A stretch of DNA of 47,211 nucleotides from Gemmatimonadota bacterium (GCA_040905425.1 JBBDRO010000028.1:2265-49475); one strand, 5' to 3'; positions 1 to 10,768 are shown, counted from the stretch's first letter. Notes: generated by a model not told the origin, from the sequence alone. Program-made: numbers and translations.

Positions 1-927
<927 letters not shown>

Positions 928-1038
928 GGCGTGACAACCTCGGTCATGGGCGCAAGGTAACGGGCGCGGCGGATGCCGCCATAGCAGGATCCGCCACCCC
1001 GGGCAGGGGGTCCGTGCCGACCCGGGGCGCCGGCGGTA

Positions 1039-2637
1039 CTACGCCGGCTGCTTCGGGCCGGCGGCCAGCACGGCGTCCGAAACCTCGGCCTCGAACTGCT
1101 TGAAGTTCTCCCGGAACATCCCCGCCAGCTTGGCCGCCTGCTCGTCATAGGCGGCCTTGTCCGCCCATGTGGCACGGGGCTCGAGCACCTGAGCCGGGAT
1201 ATGGGAGATCGCCACCGGTACGTGCAGGCCGAAGACTTCATCCTCACGCGTGGGAGCGTGCTTCAGCTTACCCGACAGCGCGGCGTGCACCATGGCCCGC
1301 GTGTGGGCCAGCTTCATACGGTGACCGGTGCCGTAGGCGCCGCCCGTCCAGCCGGTGTTCACCAGCCAGCACTGGGCGTCGTGCTCTTCCAGCTTCTGGC
1401 CCAGCATGCGTGCATACTCGGACGGGTGCAGCGGCAGGAAGGGCGCCCCGAAGCAGGCGCTGAAGGCCGCCTTGGGCTCCGTCACGCCCCGCTCGGTGCC
1501 CGCCACCTTGGCCGTGTACCCGGAGAGGAAATGATACATGGCCTGCTCACGCGTGAGTCGGGAAATCGGCGGCAGCACGCCGAAGGCGTCCGCCGTGAGG
1601 AAGACCACCGTGTTGGGATGCCCGCCGGCACCGCTCGGCACGGCCCCGCTGATGAAGTCGATCGGATAGCTGGAGCGCGTGTTCTCGGTGATGCTGCCGT
1701 CCTCGAAGCACACGGCCCGCGTCTCCTCATCCAGCACCACGTTCTCCAGGATGGCCCCGAAACGCCGGCTGGCCGCGTAGATGAGCGGCTCGCCGTCGGC
1801 GGACAGGTTGATGACCTTGGCATAGTTGCCACCCTCGAAGTTGAAGACGCCGCGATCCGACCAGCCGTGCTCGTCGTCTCCGATGAGGAAACGGTCGGGG
1901 TCGGCCGACAGCGTGGTCTTGCCCGTGCCGGAGAGGCCGAAGAAGAGCGCCACGTCCCCGGCGGCCCCCGCGTTCGCGGAGCAGTGCATGGGCAGCACGC
2001 CCTCCAGCGGCAGCAGGTAGTTCATCACGGTGAAGATGGACTTCTTCATCTCACCGGCGTAGCGGGTGCCCCCGATAAGGACGGTATGATCGTCGAAGTT
2101 CAGCACCACGAAGGTCCCGGACCTCGTGCCGTGGCGGCCGGGATCGGCCGTCATCTCGGGCGCGTGCAGGATGGTGAAGCCGGGCTCGAAGGCGGCTCGC
2201 TCCGCCGCGGAGGGTTGGATGAACATGTTGTGCACGAAGAGCGTGTGCCACGCGTTCGGTGAGATGGAACGCACCTTCAGGCGGTACGCGGGGTCCGCGC
2301 CGGCGTGGACGTCCCGGACGTAGAGCTCCTGGCCCGAGAGGTGCTCCACCACATCGGCCTTGAGGGCCTCGTACTTGTCGGCGTCCAGCGGGACGTTCAC
2401 GTTGCCCCACCAGATGCGCTCTTCACTGGCGCCCTGGCGCACCACAAATTTGTCGTTCGGGGACCGGCCGGTGTGGGGAGCGGTGACGGCGGCGAAGGCA
2501 CCATCCCGGGTCAGCTGGCCCTCGCCTGCGCGCACGGCGCGTTCGACGAGTTCAGCGGGACTCAGGTTCCAGTGCACCTCACCCGTGGGCCTCAGGCCGT
2601 AGCGGGACAGGTCTCCGGTGGAAGGATTTTCGGCCAC
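1039..2637 (-). CDS. pckA: Phosphoenolpyruvate carboxykinase (ATP)
   Basis: Motifs TGRSPNDKF, YAGEMKKS, MHCSAN, GLSGTGKTTLS, LIGDDEHGW, ENTRSSYP. Start placed at GTG 2637 behind a GAGG RBS. Confidence 0.95.
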   Translation of the reverse strand: MAENPSTGDLSRYGLRPTGEVHWNLSPAELVERAVRAGEGQLTRDGAFAAVTAPHTGRSPNDKFVVRQGASEERIWWGNVNVPLDADKYEALKADVVEHLSGQELYVRDVHAGADPAYRLKVRSISPNAWHTLFVHNMFIQPSAAERAAFEPGFTILHAPEMTADPGRHGTRSGTFVVLNFDDHTVLIGGTRYAGEMKKSIFTVMNYLLPLEGVLPMHCSANAGAAGDVALFFGLSGTGKTTLSADPDRFLIGDDEHGWSDRGVFNFEGGNYAKVINLSADGEPLIYAASRRFGAILENVVLDEETRAVCFEDGSITENTRSSYPIDFISGAVPSGAGGHPNTVVFLTADAFGVLPPISRLTREQAMYHFLSGYTAKVAGTERGVTEPKAAFSACFGAPFLPLHPSEYARMLGQKLEEHDAQCWLVNTGWTGGAYGTGHRMKLAHTRAMVHAALSGKLKHAPTREDEVFGLHVPVAISHIPAQVLEPRATWADKAAYDEQAAKLAGMFRENFKQFEAEVSDAVLAAGPKQPA

Positions 2638-2801
2638 ACGTGCCTCGATTCGATGCCTATGATTCAAACCCGCCACGAACGCGGGATGATGTTCCGGATC
2701 TGTCAGAAAGGTTCGGCGGCTTTCCCCGTAGCCCCTATGCGGGCACGGTGACGCCGCCGAACGCTGCACAGCGGGCGCAGCTTAGGCCTGCCCGGAAGGT
2801 C

Positions 2802-4628
2802 GTGTCAAGCTGCGTAGGCGGCCGCGCCGCACGCGCGGGAACACGTCTCACGCGCGCGGCTGCGCTCGGGCTGGCGCTGCTCACACCGGCCCTGGCGCGC
2901 GCCCAGGTGCAACCGGAAGCCGCCTGCCCCGCGGGGCGGATCGGTATTGTCTTCGTGGACAATCATTCCATCTTCGACCTTGGCGATCCCGACCTGGATG
3001 AGCGCTTCGACTGGGCGTACCGCCTGGCCAACACGCTGCACACGCGGACACGGGCTGAATTCATTCAGCGTGAGCTGCTCATCCGGCCAGGGGACTGCTA
3101 CGACCCGTGGCTGGTCGAGGAGACGGCGCGTCTGCTCCGCAACTATGACTTCCTGGCGCACGCGGAGGTGGAGGCCGAGCGCATGGCCAACGGCACCTGG
3201 AACCTCACGGTGGATACGCGGGACGAGTGGAGCACCGAGGTGGACGTTCGCTTCGCGGGCGGTGACGAGGGCTTCGGCGTGGAGGGCGTGCGCGTCACGG
3301 AATCCAACCTGCTCGGGGCTGGACGCGAGCTCGGGCTCTTCTATTTCCAGCGGGACGCCAGGCGCGACTACGGCGTCTCCTACTATACGCCGCAGCTGGC
3401 CGGCACACGCTGGGACCTGCGGGGCGCGGGCGGGCGGACGCGTGCGGGGACGTTCGTGAACGGCGTCGTCGCTTACCCGTTCGTGGGTGAGGTGAGCAGC
3501 TGGTCCGGGCGCGCGTTCTTCAGCCGCAGCGACCAGTTCTTCGACTACGTGGTCGTGGACGATCCAGAGCTGGCGGCGGACCGCACGCTGGCGCCCACGC
3601 GTGAGAAGTACCTGGAGCTCTCGGCCGTGCGGCGCGTGGGCTCACAGGGGAACGTGGGCATGCTCGGCGCCGGCGTGAGCTTTCAGGAGCTGGCCTACCC
3701 GGGCCTGCCGCAGCGCGCGATCGGTGGTGATTACAACGACCTCGAACCCGCCGACAGCGCCCTCGGCGGCCCCGTGGCGTCCCAGCTTTACCCGCTGAAC
3801 GCCATCCACGCCTTCCTGCTGCTGGGCCACCGCAACGTCTGGTGGGTGAAGCGCACCGGCCTGGACAGCATGCGCGGTGAGGAGGACGTGCGCCTGGGGG
3901 CGGAGGTGGGGCTGGCGCTCGGGCGCTCCTTGCCGTCGCTGGAAAACGACGATGACCTGATCACAACCCTCTCGCTCTACACGGCCGTGGAGGCGGGTGA
4001 CGCCCTGCTCGTGGCCTCCGCCCGCGGCGATGTGCGCCGCAACCTGGCCGCGCCGGCCTCCCGGCCGGAGTGGGAGGACCTGTACGGCGAAGCCGAGTTG
4101 CTGGCCTATCTGCGACCCACCGGATGGGACCGCCATACCTTCCTGCTTCGCGTGGCCGGCCTCGGCGCCTGGCACACGCGCACGCCCTTCCAGCTCACGC
4201 TGGGCGGTCTCCGGGCCGTGCGCGGGCTGCATCCCGACCGCTTTCCAGGCGGGCGGCGGGTGGTCGTGGGGCTGGAGGACCGCTTCTTTCTGGGCTGGCC
4301 GTTCCGGGACGTGCTGGACCTGGGGCTCACCGCCTTTGCCGACGCCGGCCGGATGTGGCCGGGAGACGTGCCGTACGGGACGGATTCGGGGTGGCAGGGC
4401 TCGGTGGGAACGGGGCTCCGCGCCGCCTTCCCCGCGGGCAGCCGCTCCACCTTCCGGCTGGACTTGGCCTGGCCGCTGAAGCAGGGTGCCGGCTTCTCCG
4501 ACGCGCGCATCACTTTCTCGTTCACCGAGATCGTGGGGCTGACGCGCCGCGACGGGGAAGTGCAGCTCCTGCGCTCCCGCCCCGATGGCCCCGCCACCAC
4601 CCTCTTCCAGTTCCAGGAGCGGCGGTGA
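2802..4628 (+). CDS. BamA/TamA (Omp85)-family outer-membrane protein
   Basis: Signal-peptide-like N-terminus, POTRA-like segment (RTRAEFIQRELL...ETARLLRNYDF), ESNLLG, VRG loop motif, C-terminal strands (FRLDLAWP). Start codon uncertain. Confidence 0.7.
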   Translation: MSSCVGGRAARAGTRLTRAAALGLALLTPALARAQVQPEAACPAGRIGIVFVDNHSIFDLGDPDLDERFDWAYRLANTLHTRTRAEFIQRELLIRPGDCYDPWLVEETARLLRNYDFLAHAEVEAERMANGTWNLTVDTRDEWSTEVDVRFAGGDEGFGVEGVRVTESNLLGAGRELGLFYFQRDARRDYGVSYYTPQLAGTRWDLRGAGGRTRAGTFVNGVVAYPFVGEVSSWSGRAFFSRSDQFFDYVVVDDPELAADRTLAPTREKYLELSAVRRVGSQGNVGMLGAGVSFQELAYPGLPQRAIGGDYNDLEPADSALGGPVASQLYPLNAIHAFLLLGHRNVWWVKRTGLDSMRGEEDVRLGAEVGLALGRSLPSLENDDDLITTLSLYTAVEAGDALLVASARGDVRRNLAAPASRPEWEDLYGEAELLAYLRPTGWDRHTFLLRVAGLGAWHTRTPFQLTLGGLRAVRGLHPDRFPGGRRVVVGLEDRFFLGWPFRDVLDLGLTAFADAGRMWPGDVPYGTDSGWQGSVGTGLRAAFPAGSRSTFRLDLAWPLKQGAGFSDARITFSFTEIVGLTRRDGEVQLLRSRPDGPATTLFQFQERR

Positions 4629-6037
4629 GCGAGCCGCGCCCCACCCGCTACCTGGCACGCTGGGTCGTGCCGGTGTCCGCGGAGCCGATCGCCGACGGCG
4701 CGCTGCTGGTGGACGCCGCCGGCCGCATCGCGGCGGTGGGCCCGGCCGCTACGGTGCCCGCGCCGCCCGATGCGGCCGAGGTGGACCTGGGGGAGGCAGC
4801 GCTCCTCCCCGGTCTGGTCAACACGCATGCGCATCCCGAACTGGTGGCGCTGCGCGGACTGCTCGAGGACCTGCCCTTCCACAGCTGGATCCCGCTCCTG
4901 CGCCGCGCCAAGGTGGCCGCCGAGCTGGATGCGGAGGACTTCGCGGCCGGTGCCCTGTGGACGTGCGTGGAGGCGGTGGCGGCGGGCATCACCACCCTGG
5001 GCGCCACGGAAGACTCCGGAGCGGCCCTGGGGGCCTTGCGCACCGCGGGGCTCCGGGGCGTGGTTTACCGGGAGGTGTTCGGACCGGATCCCGCGCAGGC
5101 GGAGGGCGCCGTGGCGCAGCTGCGTGAGCGCGTGCTGGCCATGCGCGCCCTGGAGACGGACCTGGTGCGCGTGGGCGTCTCCCCCCACGCCCCCTACACG
5201 GTCTCCGATCAGCTCTTCAGCGCCACGGCGCGCCTGGCCCTGGAGGAGGAGCTGCCGCTGGCGGTCCATACCGCCGAAGCACAGGTGGAGGAGGAACTGG
5301 TGGTGCGCGCCGCGGGGCCCTTCGCGGCCGGGCTCCGCGCCCGCGGCATCACGGTCCAGCCGCGCGCCCACTCCACGGCCGCACTGCTGCACCGGCTGGG
5401 CGTACTACGCGCGCGGCCGTTGCTCATCCACTGCGTCCGCGTTCACCCGGATGACGGTCGTCGGCTGGCGGACGCGGGTGCCACGGTGGCGCACTGCCCG
5501 GTGGCCAACGCCCGGCTCGGCCACGGCACGGCGCCCGTCCCCGAGCTCCTGGAAGCGGGTGTGCGTGTGGGACTCGGCACGGACTCCATGGCCGCCAACA
5601 ACCGCATGGACATCCTGGAGGAGGCCCGTACCGCCCAGCTCGTGCAGCGCACCCGCCTGCGCCACGCGGGCGTATTCCCCGCCGCTGATGTGCTGCGCAT
5701 GGCCACGCTGGGGGGCGCCGAAGCGCTGGGACTGGCCGAGCGCACGGGGAGCCTGGAAGCCGGCAAGGACGCCGACCTGTGCGCGGTAGCTCTGGAGGCG
5801 CCGCACACCCGGCCCGTCCACGACGTGGCCGCGGCCGTGGTGCACGCGGCACGGGGCAGTGACGTGGTGCTCACCGTGGTGCGCGGCCGGGTGCTCTACG
5901 AGGGCCGCAACTGGTTGACGCTGGATCCGCCCGCGATCCTGCCGCGCGTGGAGGACTCCGCCCGCCGGCTGCACCGCGCGGTGCTCGCGGCGCTGGCGGG
6001 CACGCCCGCGGCCGTGCCTGCCGCCGAGCGACGGTGA
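4625..6037 (+). CDS. Metal-dependent amidohydrolase (MTA/SAH deaminase-like)
   Basis: PGLVNTHAH, HTAE, HCP, GTDS, GSLEAGKDAD motifs. GTG start overlaps the upstream TGA (GTGA). Confidence 0.85.
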   Translation: MSEPRPTRYLARWVVPVSAEPIADGALLVDAAGRIAAVGPAATVPAPPDAAEVDLGEAALLPGLVNTHAHPELVALRGLLEDLPFHSWIPLLRRAKVAAELDAEDFAAGALWTCVEAVAAGITTLGATEDSGAALGALRTAGLRGVVYREVFGPDPAQAEGAVAQLRERVLAMRALETDLVRVGVSPHAPYTVSDQLFSATARLALEEELPLAVHTAEAQVEEELVVRAAGPFAAGLRARGITVQPRAHSTAALLHRLGVLRARPLLIHCVRVHPDDGRRLADAGATVAHCPVANARLGHGTAPVPELLEAGVRVGLGTDSMAANNRMDILEEARTAQLVQRTRLRHAGVFPAADVLRMATLGGAEALGLAERTGSLEAGKDADLCAVALEAPHTRPVHDVAAAVVHAARGSDVVLTVVRGRVLYEGRNWLTLDPPAILPRVEDSARRLHRAVLAALAGTPAAVPAAERR

Positions 6038-6921
6038 GACGGCCGCCCGGCGCTCACCCGGCGCTGCACGGGCAACGCGTCCGGCGCGTCCTGCTGCTCA
6101 CCCTGGCGGCCAACGTGATCGTGGTGCTGGCCAAGGCTGCGGCGGGTCTGGCCTCGGGTTCGCTGGCCGTGCTCGCCGACGCGGGGCACTCCTCGGTGGA
6201 CGCCTGGAACAACGTGGTGGCGCTGGCCCTGGCCGCCGTGGCCGCGCAGCCGCCCGACGAGCGCCACCCGTACGGCCACGCCAAGTTCGAGACACTGGGT
6301 GCGCTGGCCGTGGTGGCCTTCCTCTCCATCGGCATCTTCGAGCTGGTGGAGTCGGCCCTGGGCCGGCTGGCCGGCCGCGGGGAGCCGCCCGTCGTGGGAC
6401 CCTTCGTGGTGGGGGTCATGGCCGCCTCGGCCGTGGTGAGCCTGGTGGTCTCCACGTACGAGGACCGGCGCGGCCGGGAGCTGGACAGCCAGCTCCTGCG
6501 CGCGGATGCGGCGCACACGCGCGCCGACGTGTACGCGTCGCTGGCCGTACTGGGCGGGCTGGGCCTGGTGGCGCTGGGCTATCCCGCCGCCGACGCTCTG
6601 CTCACCCTGGTGGTGGCGGCCATCATTGCCCGCGCCGCCTGGCAGATCCTGCGTCGCGCGGTGCCCGTGCTGGTGGACGAGCGCGCCGTGGAGGAGGACG
6701 CCATCCGCGCCACCGCGCTGGCCACCGAGGGCGTCCGCGCGTGCTTCGACATCCGCTCACGGGGCAGCGCCGGCGCCGTCTTCGTGGAGCTCACGGTGAC
6801 CGTGGCGCCCGCGCTCACGGTGGTCGAGGGCCACCGCATCGCGGACGTGGTGGAGCGCCGGGTGGCGGAGGCCATCGGCGCCACCGAGGTGGTGGTCCAC
6901 GTGGAGCCGGCGGACACGTGA
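6034..6921 (+). CDS. Cation diffusion facilitator family transporter (FieF-like)
   Basis: ADAGHSSVD, HPYGHAKFE, ADAAHTRAD, C-terminal VHVEP, several transmembrane segments. Confidence 0.92.
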   Translation: MRRPPGAHPALHGQRVRRVLLLTLAANVIVVLAKAAAGLASGSLAVLADAGHSSVDAWNNVVALALAAVAAQPPDERHPYGHAKFETLGALAVVAFLSIGIFELVESALGRLAGRGEPPVVGPFVVGVMAASAVVSLVVSTYEDRRGRELDSQLLRADAAHTRADVYASLAVLGGLGLVALGYPAADALLTLVVAAIIARAAWQILRRAVPVLVDERAVEEDAIRATALATEGVRACFDIRSRGSAGAVFVELTVTVAPALTVVEGHRIADVVERRVAEAIGATEVVVHVEPADT

Positions 6922-7619
6922 GGCCGCTCGCGCGGCGGGAAAACGCGCCGGAACTGCTGGACGCCCCCGCGCACGACCCCGCCGTGCTGGCGCACAGCCT
7001 GGCCCAGGTGGCGGATGTGAACCGCTGGCTCGGCGGCACGCGCTCCGTGGCGCTGGCGCTGGCCGAGACCTTCCCCGGCACCGGTGCCCTCCACCTGCTG
7101 GACATCGGCACGGGCGCGGGGGACGTGCCGCTGGCCCTGAGCCGCTCGCTCGAGCGGCCCCTCCGCTGGACCGCGGTGGACCTGCACGCGCAGACCGCGG
7201 CGCTGGCGGGCGCCGCGGGACTCCAGGTGGCCAGGGCCGACGCCGCGCGCCTGCCCTTCCCCGCCGGCGCCTTCGACGCGGCGCTCCTCACCCTCACGCT
7301 GCACCACTTCGACGGCGCCCTCCGCCTGCGGGTGCTCCGTGAGGCGGGGCGCGTGGCCCGGTTCGTGATCGTGAGTGACCTGCGCCGCAGCCGCGTGAAC
7401 CTCATGGGGGCCCGGCTGCTGGCCGCCACGCTGTGGCGCGGCAACCCGCTGACGCGCCACGACGGACCACTCTCGGTGCTGCGGGCGTTCACGGCGGGCG
7501 AGCTGCTGGCGGACGCCCGCCGCGCCGGGCTGCGCGAGCCCAGGGTGCGGCGGCGCTTCTTCCAGCGCCTGGTGCTCACGGCGGGCGGAACGGAAGGAAG
7601 GCAGGATGAGAAACCCTGA
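6918..7619 (+). CDS. Class I SAM-dependent methyltransferase
   Basis: LLDIGTGAGD motif I, ADAARLPF, LTLHHF, N-terminal ELLD...VNRWLGG. GTGA overlap with the upstream gene. Confidence 0.85.
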   Translation: MRPLARRENAPELLDAPAHDPAVLAHSLAQVADVNRWLGGTRSVALALAETFPGTGALHLLDIGTGAGDVPLALSRSLERPLRWTAVDLHAQTAALAGAAGLQVARADAARLPFPAGAFDAALLTLTLHHFDGALRLRVLREAGRVARFVIVSDLRRSRVNLMGARLLAATLWRGNPLTRHDGPLSVLRAFTAGELLADARRAGLREPRVRRRFFQRLVLTAGGTEGRQDEKP

Positions 7620-8859
7620 TGTCCTCGTGGTGGGCTCCGGGCCGGCCGGCTCGGTCACGGCCCTCCACCTGGCGCGGGCCGGCTACGCGGTGCGCGTGCT
7701 GGAGCGGGGCGCCCATCCGCGTGACAAGCCCTGCGGCGACTGCCTGAGCGCCGAGGCCAACCGCACGCTGGCGCGCCTGGGGCTGCTGGATGCCGTGACG
7801 GCGCTGGCGCCGGCCCGGCTGCGCGGCTGGCGCGTGATCTCCCCCGGCGGCCACGTCATGGAGGCCGGCTTCGCGGCGGCGGCGGAGGGCGCGGAGGACG
7901 TGGGCCACGCGCTGGCCGTGCGCCGCGCCCGGCTGGACGCCGTCCTGACAGCCGCGGCCGTTGCCGCCGGCGCCGAACTGCTCGAGGGCCAGACGGTGGA
8001 GGCGCCGCTCCTGGACGGGGACCAGGTGGTGGGGGTGCGCGCCCGCACCGCGGACGGCCGCGCCGAACACCGCGCCGCGTGGACGGTGGACGCCTCCGGT
8101 CTCCGCTCACCGCTCGCGCGCCGGCTGGGCGGCGTGGGGCGCGCGGGCCGGCTGCGCAAGCTGTCGCTCACGGCGCATGTGCGTGGACTGCCCTGGGAGG
8201 ACGGGCTGGGGCGCATGTACCTGGCCCCCGGACGCTGCTGCGGGCTGGCGCCGGTGGAGGATGGCGCGGGACGCGGCGCCACGGACGTCGCTTGGAATCT
8301 TACCCTGGTGACCGACAGCGCCCACGGAGGACGCGAGGTGGCCGCGGACGCCCATGGGTTTCTGCGCCGGACGCTGGGCGGGATTCCGGCGCTGGCCGCC
8401 CTGGTGGACGCGCTCCACTTCGAGCGCCATACGGACGGCGGGACGCTCCTGGCGTCCGGCCCCTTCGACGTGCCGGGCAAGCGCACCACCTTCGCCGGCG
8501 GCGTGCTCGTGGGGGACGCGGCCGGCTACTACGATCCCTTCACCGGCCAGGGCATCCACCATGCGCTGGTGAGCGCCGAGGTACTGGCCGACGCCCTCGA
8601 TACGGCACTGGCCCGCGGCCGCACGGACGCCGCCGCGCTGGACCATTACGCGCGCTTCCGGCGGCGCACGGTGGGCGGCGCGCGCCGCGTGCAGCGGCTG
8701 GTCGAGGCGGTGCTGGCGCGTCCGCGGCTGGCCGACGCGGCGCTCCGCCGGCTGGGCGCGGCGCCCCGCGCCGCGGAGGCGCTGGTGGCCGTCACGGGTG
8801 ACCTCCGGCCGCCCTCCGCCTTGCTGCGCCCGCGGCTGGCGCTCAGCTTGCTCCGATGA
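7606..8859 (+). CDS. FAD-dependent oxidoreductase (geranylgeranyl reductase / halogenase-like fold)
   Basis: VVGSGPAGS, RDKPCGD, RRARLD, DASG, VGDAAGYYDPFTGQGI motifs. Confidence 0.88.
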   Translation: MRNPDVLVVGSGPAGSVTALHLARAGYAVRVLERGAHPRDKPCGDCLSAEANRTLARLGLLDAVTALAPARLRGWRVISPGGHVMEAGFAAAAEGAEDVGHALAVRRARLDAVLTAAAVAAGAELLEGQTVEAPLLDGDQVVGVRARTADGRAEHRAAWTVDASGLRSPLARRLGGVGRAGRLRKLSLTAHVRGLPWEDGLGRMYLAPGRCCGLAPVEDGAGRGATDVAWNLTLVTDSAHGGREVAADAHGFLRRTLGGIPALAALVDALHFERHTDGGTLLASGPFDVPGKRTTFAGGVLVGDAAGYYDPFTGQGIHHALVSAEVLADALDTALARGRTDAAALDHYARFRRRTVGGARRVQRLVEAVLARPRLADAALRRLGAAPRAAEALVAVTGDLRPPSALLRPRLALSLLR

Positions 8860-9377
8860 GCATGCCCACGGCCATCACCGACGAGCGCGTCATGGGCGCC
8901 CCCGCGGCCACCTGCTTTCAGGTTGCCGCTGACGTGGAGCGCTGGCCGGAGATCCTGCCGCACTACCGGCGTGTGGCCTTCCGGCGGCGGGACGCCTTCG
9001 GGCACGGCCTGGTGGAGATGGCCGCCTGGCGGGACTTTGCCGGCCCGCTCCGCTACCCAACCTGGTGGGTCTCCGAGATGACCTGTAACGCCCGCGAGCC
9101 CGTGGTCCGCTACCGGCACGTGGACGGCATCACCACGGGCATGGACGTGGTGTGGAGCTTCGAGGCGCTGGACGCCAACACCACCCACGTCCGCATCGTG
9201 CATGCCTGGCCTGGACCGCCCTGGCCGCTGATCGGCGGCGTGGCGTGGCGTGCCGTCATAGCACCGGTCTTCGTGAGCGTCATCGCGGGCCGCACCCTGG
9301 CGGGCGTGGCGCGGGAGGCGGAGCGCAGAGCGGCCGCCGAGTCAGAGCGGAGGGCAGATGGCCATGCTCAGCCCTAA
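8856..9377 (+). CDS. SRPBCC/START-fold polyketide cyclase/dehydrase family protein
   Basis: AADVERWPEILPHY and WWVSEM...GMDVVWSF pattern. ATGA overlap with the upstream gene. Confidence 0.8.
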   Translation: MSMPTAITDERVMGAPAATCFQVAADVERWPEILPHYRRVAFRRRDAFGHGLVEMAAWRDFAGPLRYPTWWVSEMTCNAREPVVRYRHVDGITTGMDVVWSFEALDANTTHVRIVHAWPGPPWPLIGGVAWRAVIAPVFVSVIAGRTLAGVAREAERRAAAESERRADGHAQP

Positions 9378-10617
9378 CGGCGGCCCGCGACGCGTGGTGA
9401 TCACGGGCCTGGGTCCGATTACCGCGGTGGGCATCGGGGCGGACGGGTTCTTTGCGGGGCTCCAGCGGGAGCGCTCCCCCGTGCGCCGCATCACCCGCTT
9501 CGACCCCACGCCATGGCGCTCCCGCATCGCGGCCCAGGTGGACGACTTCGAGCCGCGTGACTTCGTGGACGGCAAGGACGCCCGCCGGCTGGACCGCTAC
9601 GGCCTGTTCGCCGTGGCCTCCGCCCGTCTGGCGCTGGCGGACGCGGGGGTTGGTGCGGAGGCTTTCGACCCGGACCGGGTGGCCGTACAGATGGGCTCGG
9701 CGCTCGGCGGCACGGCGTACGCCGAGGAGCAGGCGGGGCTCCTGCATGCGGGGGGGCTGCGCGCCGTGGACCCGCGCGTGGCGCTGACCACCTTCGGCGG
9801 GGCCGCCAGCTGCTCTGTGGCCATTGCCCTGGGCTTCACGGGCCCCAACACCACGAACGCCATGTCGTGCGCCTCCGGAACCATTGCCATCGGTGAGGCC
9901 TTCCGGCTGATACGGGAGGGCTACGTGGACGCGGCGGTAGCGGGCGGCGTGGAGGCGCCGCTGGCGCCGCTGTGCTTCGGCGCCTTTGCCCTCATCCGCG
10001 CCATGAGCACGCGCAATGATGACCCCGCGGCCGCATGCCGCCCCTTCGACCGCGACCGGGACGGCTTCGTCATGGGCGAGGGGGCGTGCGCGCTGGTGCT
10101 CGAGGAACGGGACGCGGCGCTGGCCCGCGGCGCACGCATCTACGCGGAGGTCACGGGGTACGGCACCACGAACGACGCGCACCACATGACGGCGCCCCGC
10201 CCCGACGGCAGTCAGGCCGCCCGCGCCATGCGGCTCGCGCTGGCCATGGCGGGCGCGGATCCGGCCGAGGTGGACCTGCTGAGCCCGCACGGCTCCTCCA
10301 CCCCGCTGAACGACGGCACCGAGAGCCTGGCGGTCAAGCACGTGCTCGGTGAGCGCGCCTATGCGGTTCCCGTGAGCGGCACAAAAGCGTATCATGCACA
10401 CGCTCTGGGCGCTTCCGGGGCCATGGAGGCGGCGGTGTGCTGCCTGGCCATGGCGCGGGGGTGGACGCCGCCCACGCTCAATTTCGAGGCTGGCGACGAG
10501 GATTGTAACCTGGATTATGTTCGCGCCGGGGGACGCGCGGTACGGCCACGCCTGGCACTTTCCAATTCCTTTGGCTTCGGAGGAGTCAATGCCTCCCTTG
10601 TTATGCGTGCTCCGTGA
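9358..10617 (+). CDS. Beta-ketoacyl synthase (FabF/KS-alpha-like)
   Basis: RRVVITGLG, catalytic Cys (MSCASG), His (HGSST), His (HALGA), RPFDRDRDGFVMGEG, SNSFGFGG. Confidence 0.93.
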   Translation: MAMLSPNGGPRRVVITGLGPITAVGIGADGFFAGLQRERSPVRRITRFDPTPWRSRIAAQVDDFEPRDFVDGKDARRLDRYGLFAVASARLALADAGVGAEAFDPDRVAVQMGSALGGTAYAEEQAGLLHAGGLRAVDPRVALTTFGGAASCSVAIALGFTGPNTTNAMSCASGTIAIGEAFRLIREGYVDAAVAGGVEAPLAPLCFGAFALIRAMSTRNDDPAAACRPFDRDRDGFVMGEGACALVLEERDAALARGARIYAEVTGYGTTNDAHHMTAPRPDGSQAARAMRLALAMAGADPAEVDLLSPHGSSTPLNDGTESLAVKHVLGERAYAVPVSGTKAYHAHALGASGAMEAAVCCLAMARGWTPPTLNFEAGDEDCNLDYVRAGGRAVRPRLALSNSFGFGGVNASLVMRAP

Positions 10618-10658
10618 CGACCGCAAAAAGGTGTACTCCGGGACCGATTCGCAAACTG

Positions 10659-10674
10659 TGGCAAGGTTCCTGCA
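10659..10674 (+). promoter_or_regulatory. Putative sigma-54 (-24/-12) promoter
   Basis: TGGCAAGGTTCCTGCA has exact GG-N10-GC spacing, ~95 bp upstream of the OMP start. Confidence 0.45.
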
Positions 10675-10768
10675 AACGGATCGCCCGGACCCGTACTCAA
10701 TGCTCTTGCGGGCCGGACGGCGCACCGTTGGTGCGTTCGTCCGCATGACTGAATCGACAGGAGGGAAC

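Noticed and set aside
4070..4624. N-terminal extensions given by the ORF track (amidohydrolase from 4070; also OMP from 10394, OppD from 39090, pckA from 2769)
   Set aside because: They overlap neighbouring genes and are low-complexity. Downstream starts with an RBS or stop-start overlap fit better.
9358..10617. Naming the KS fabF or calling a canonical type II PKS
   Set aside because: No acpP/fabG context and no CLF or ACP. The assignment needs phylogeny.
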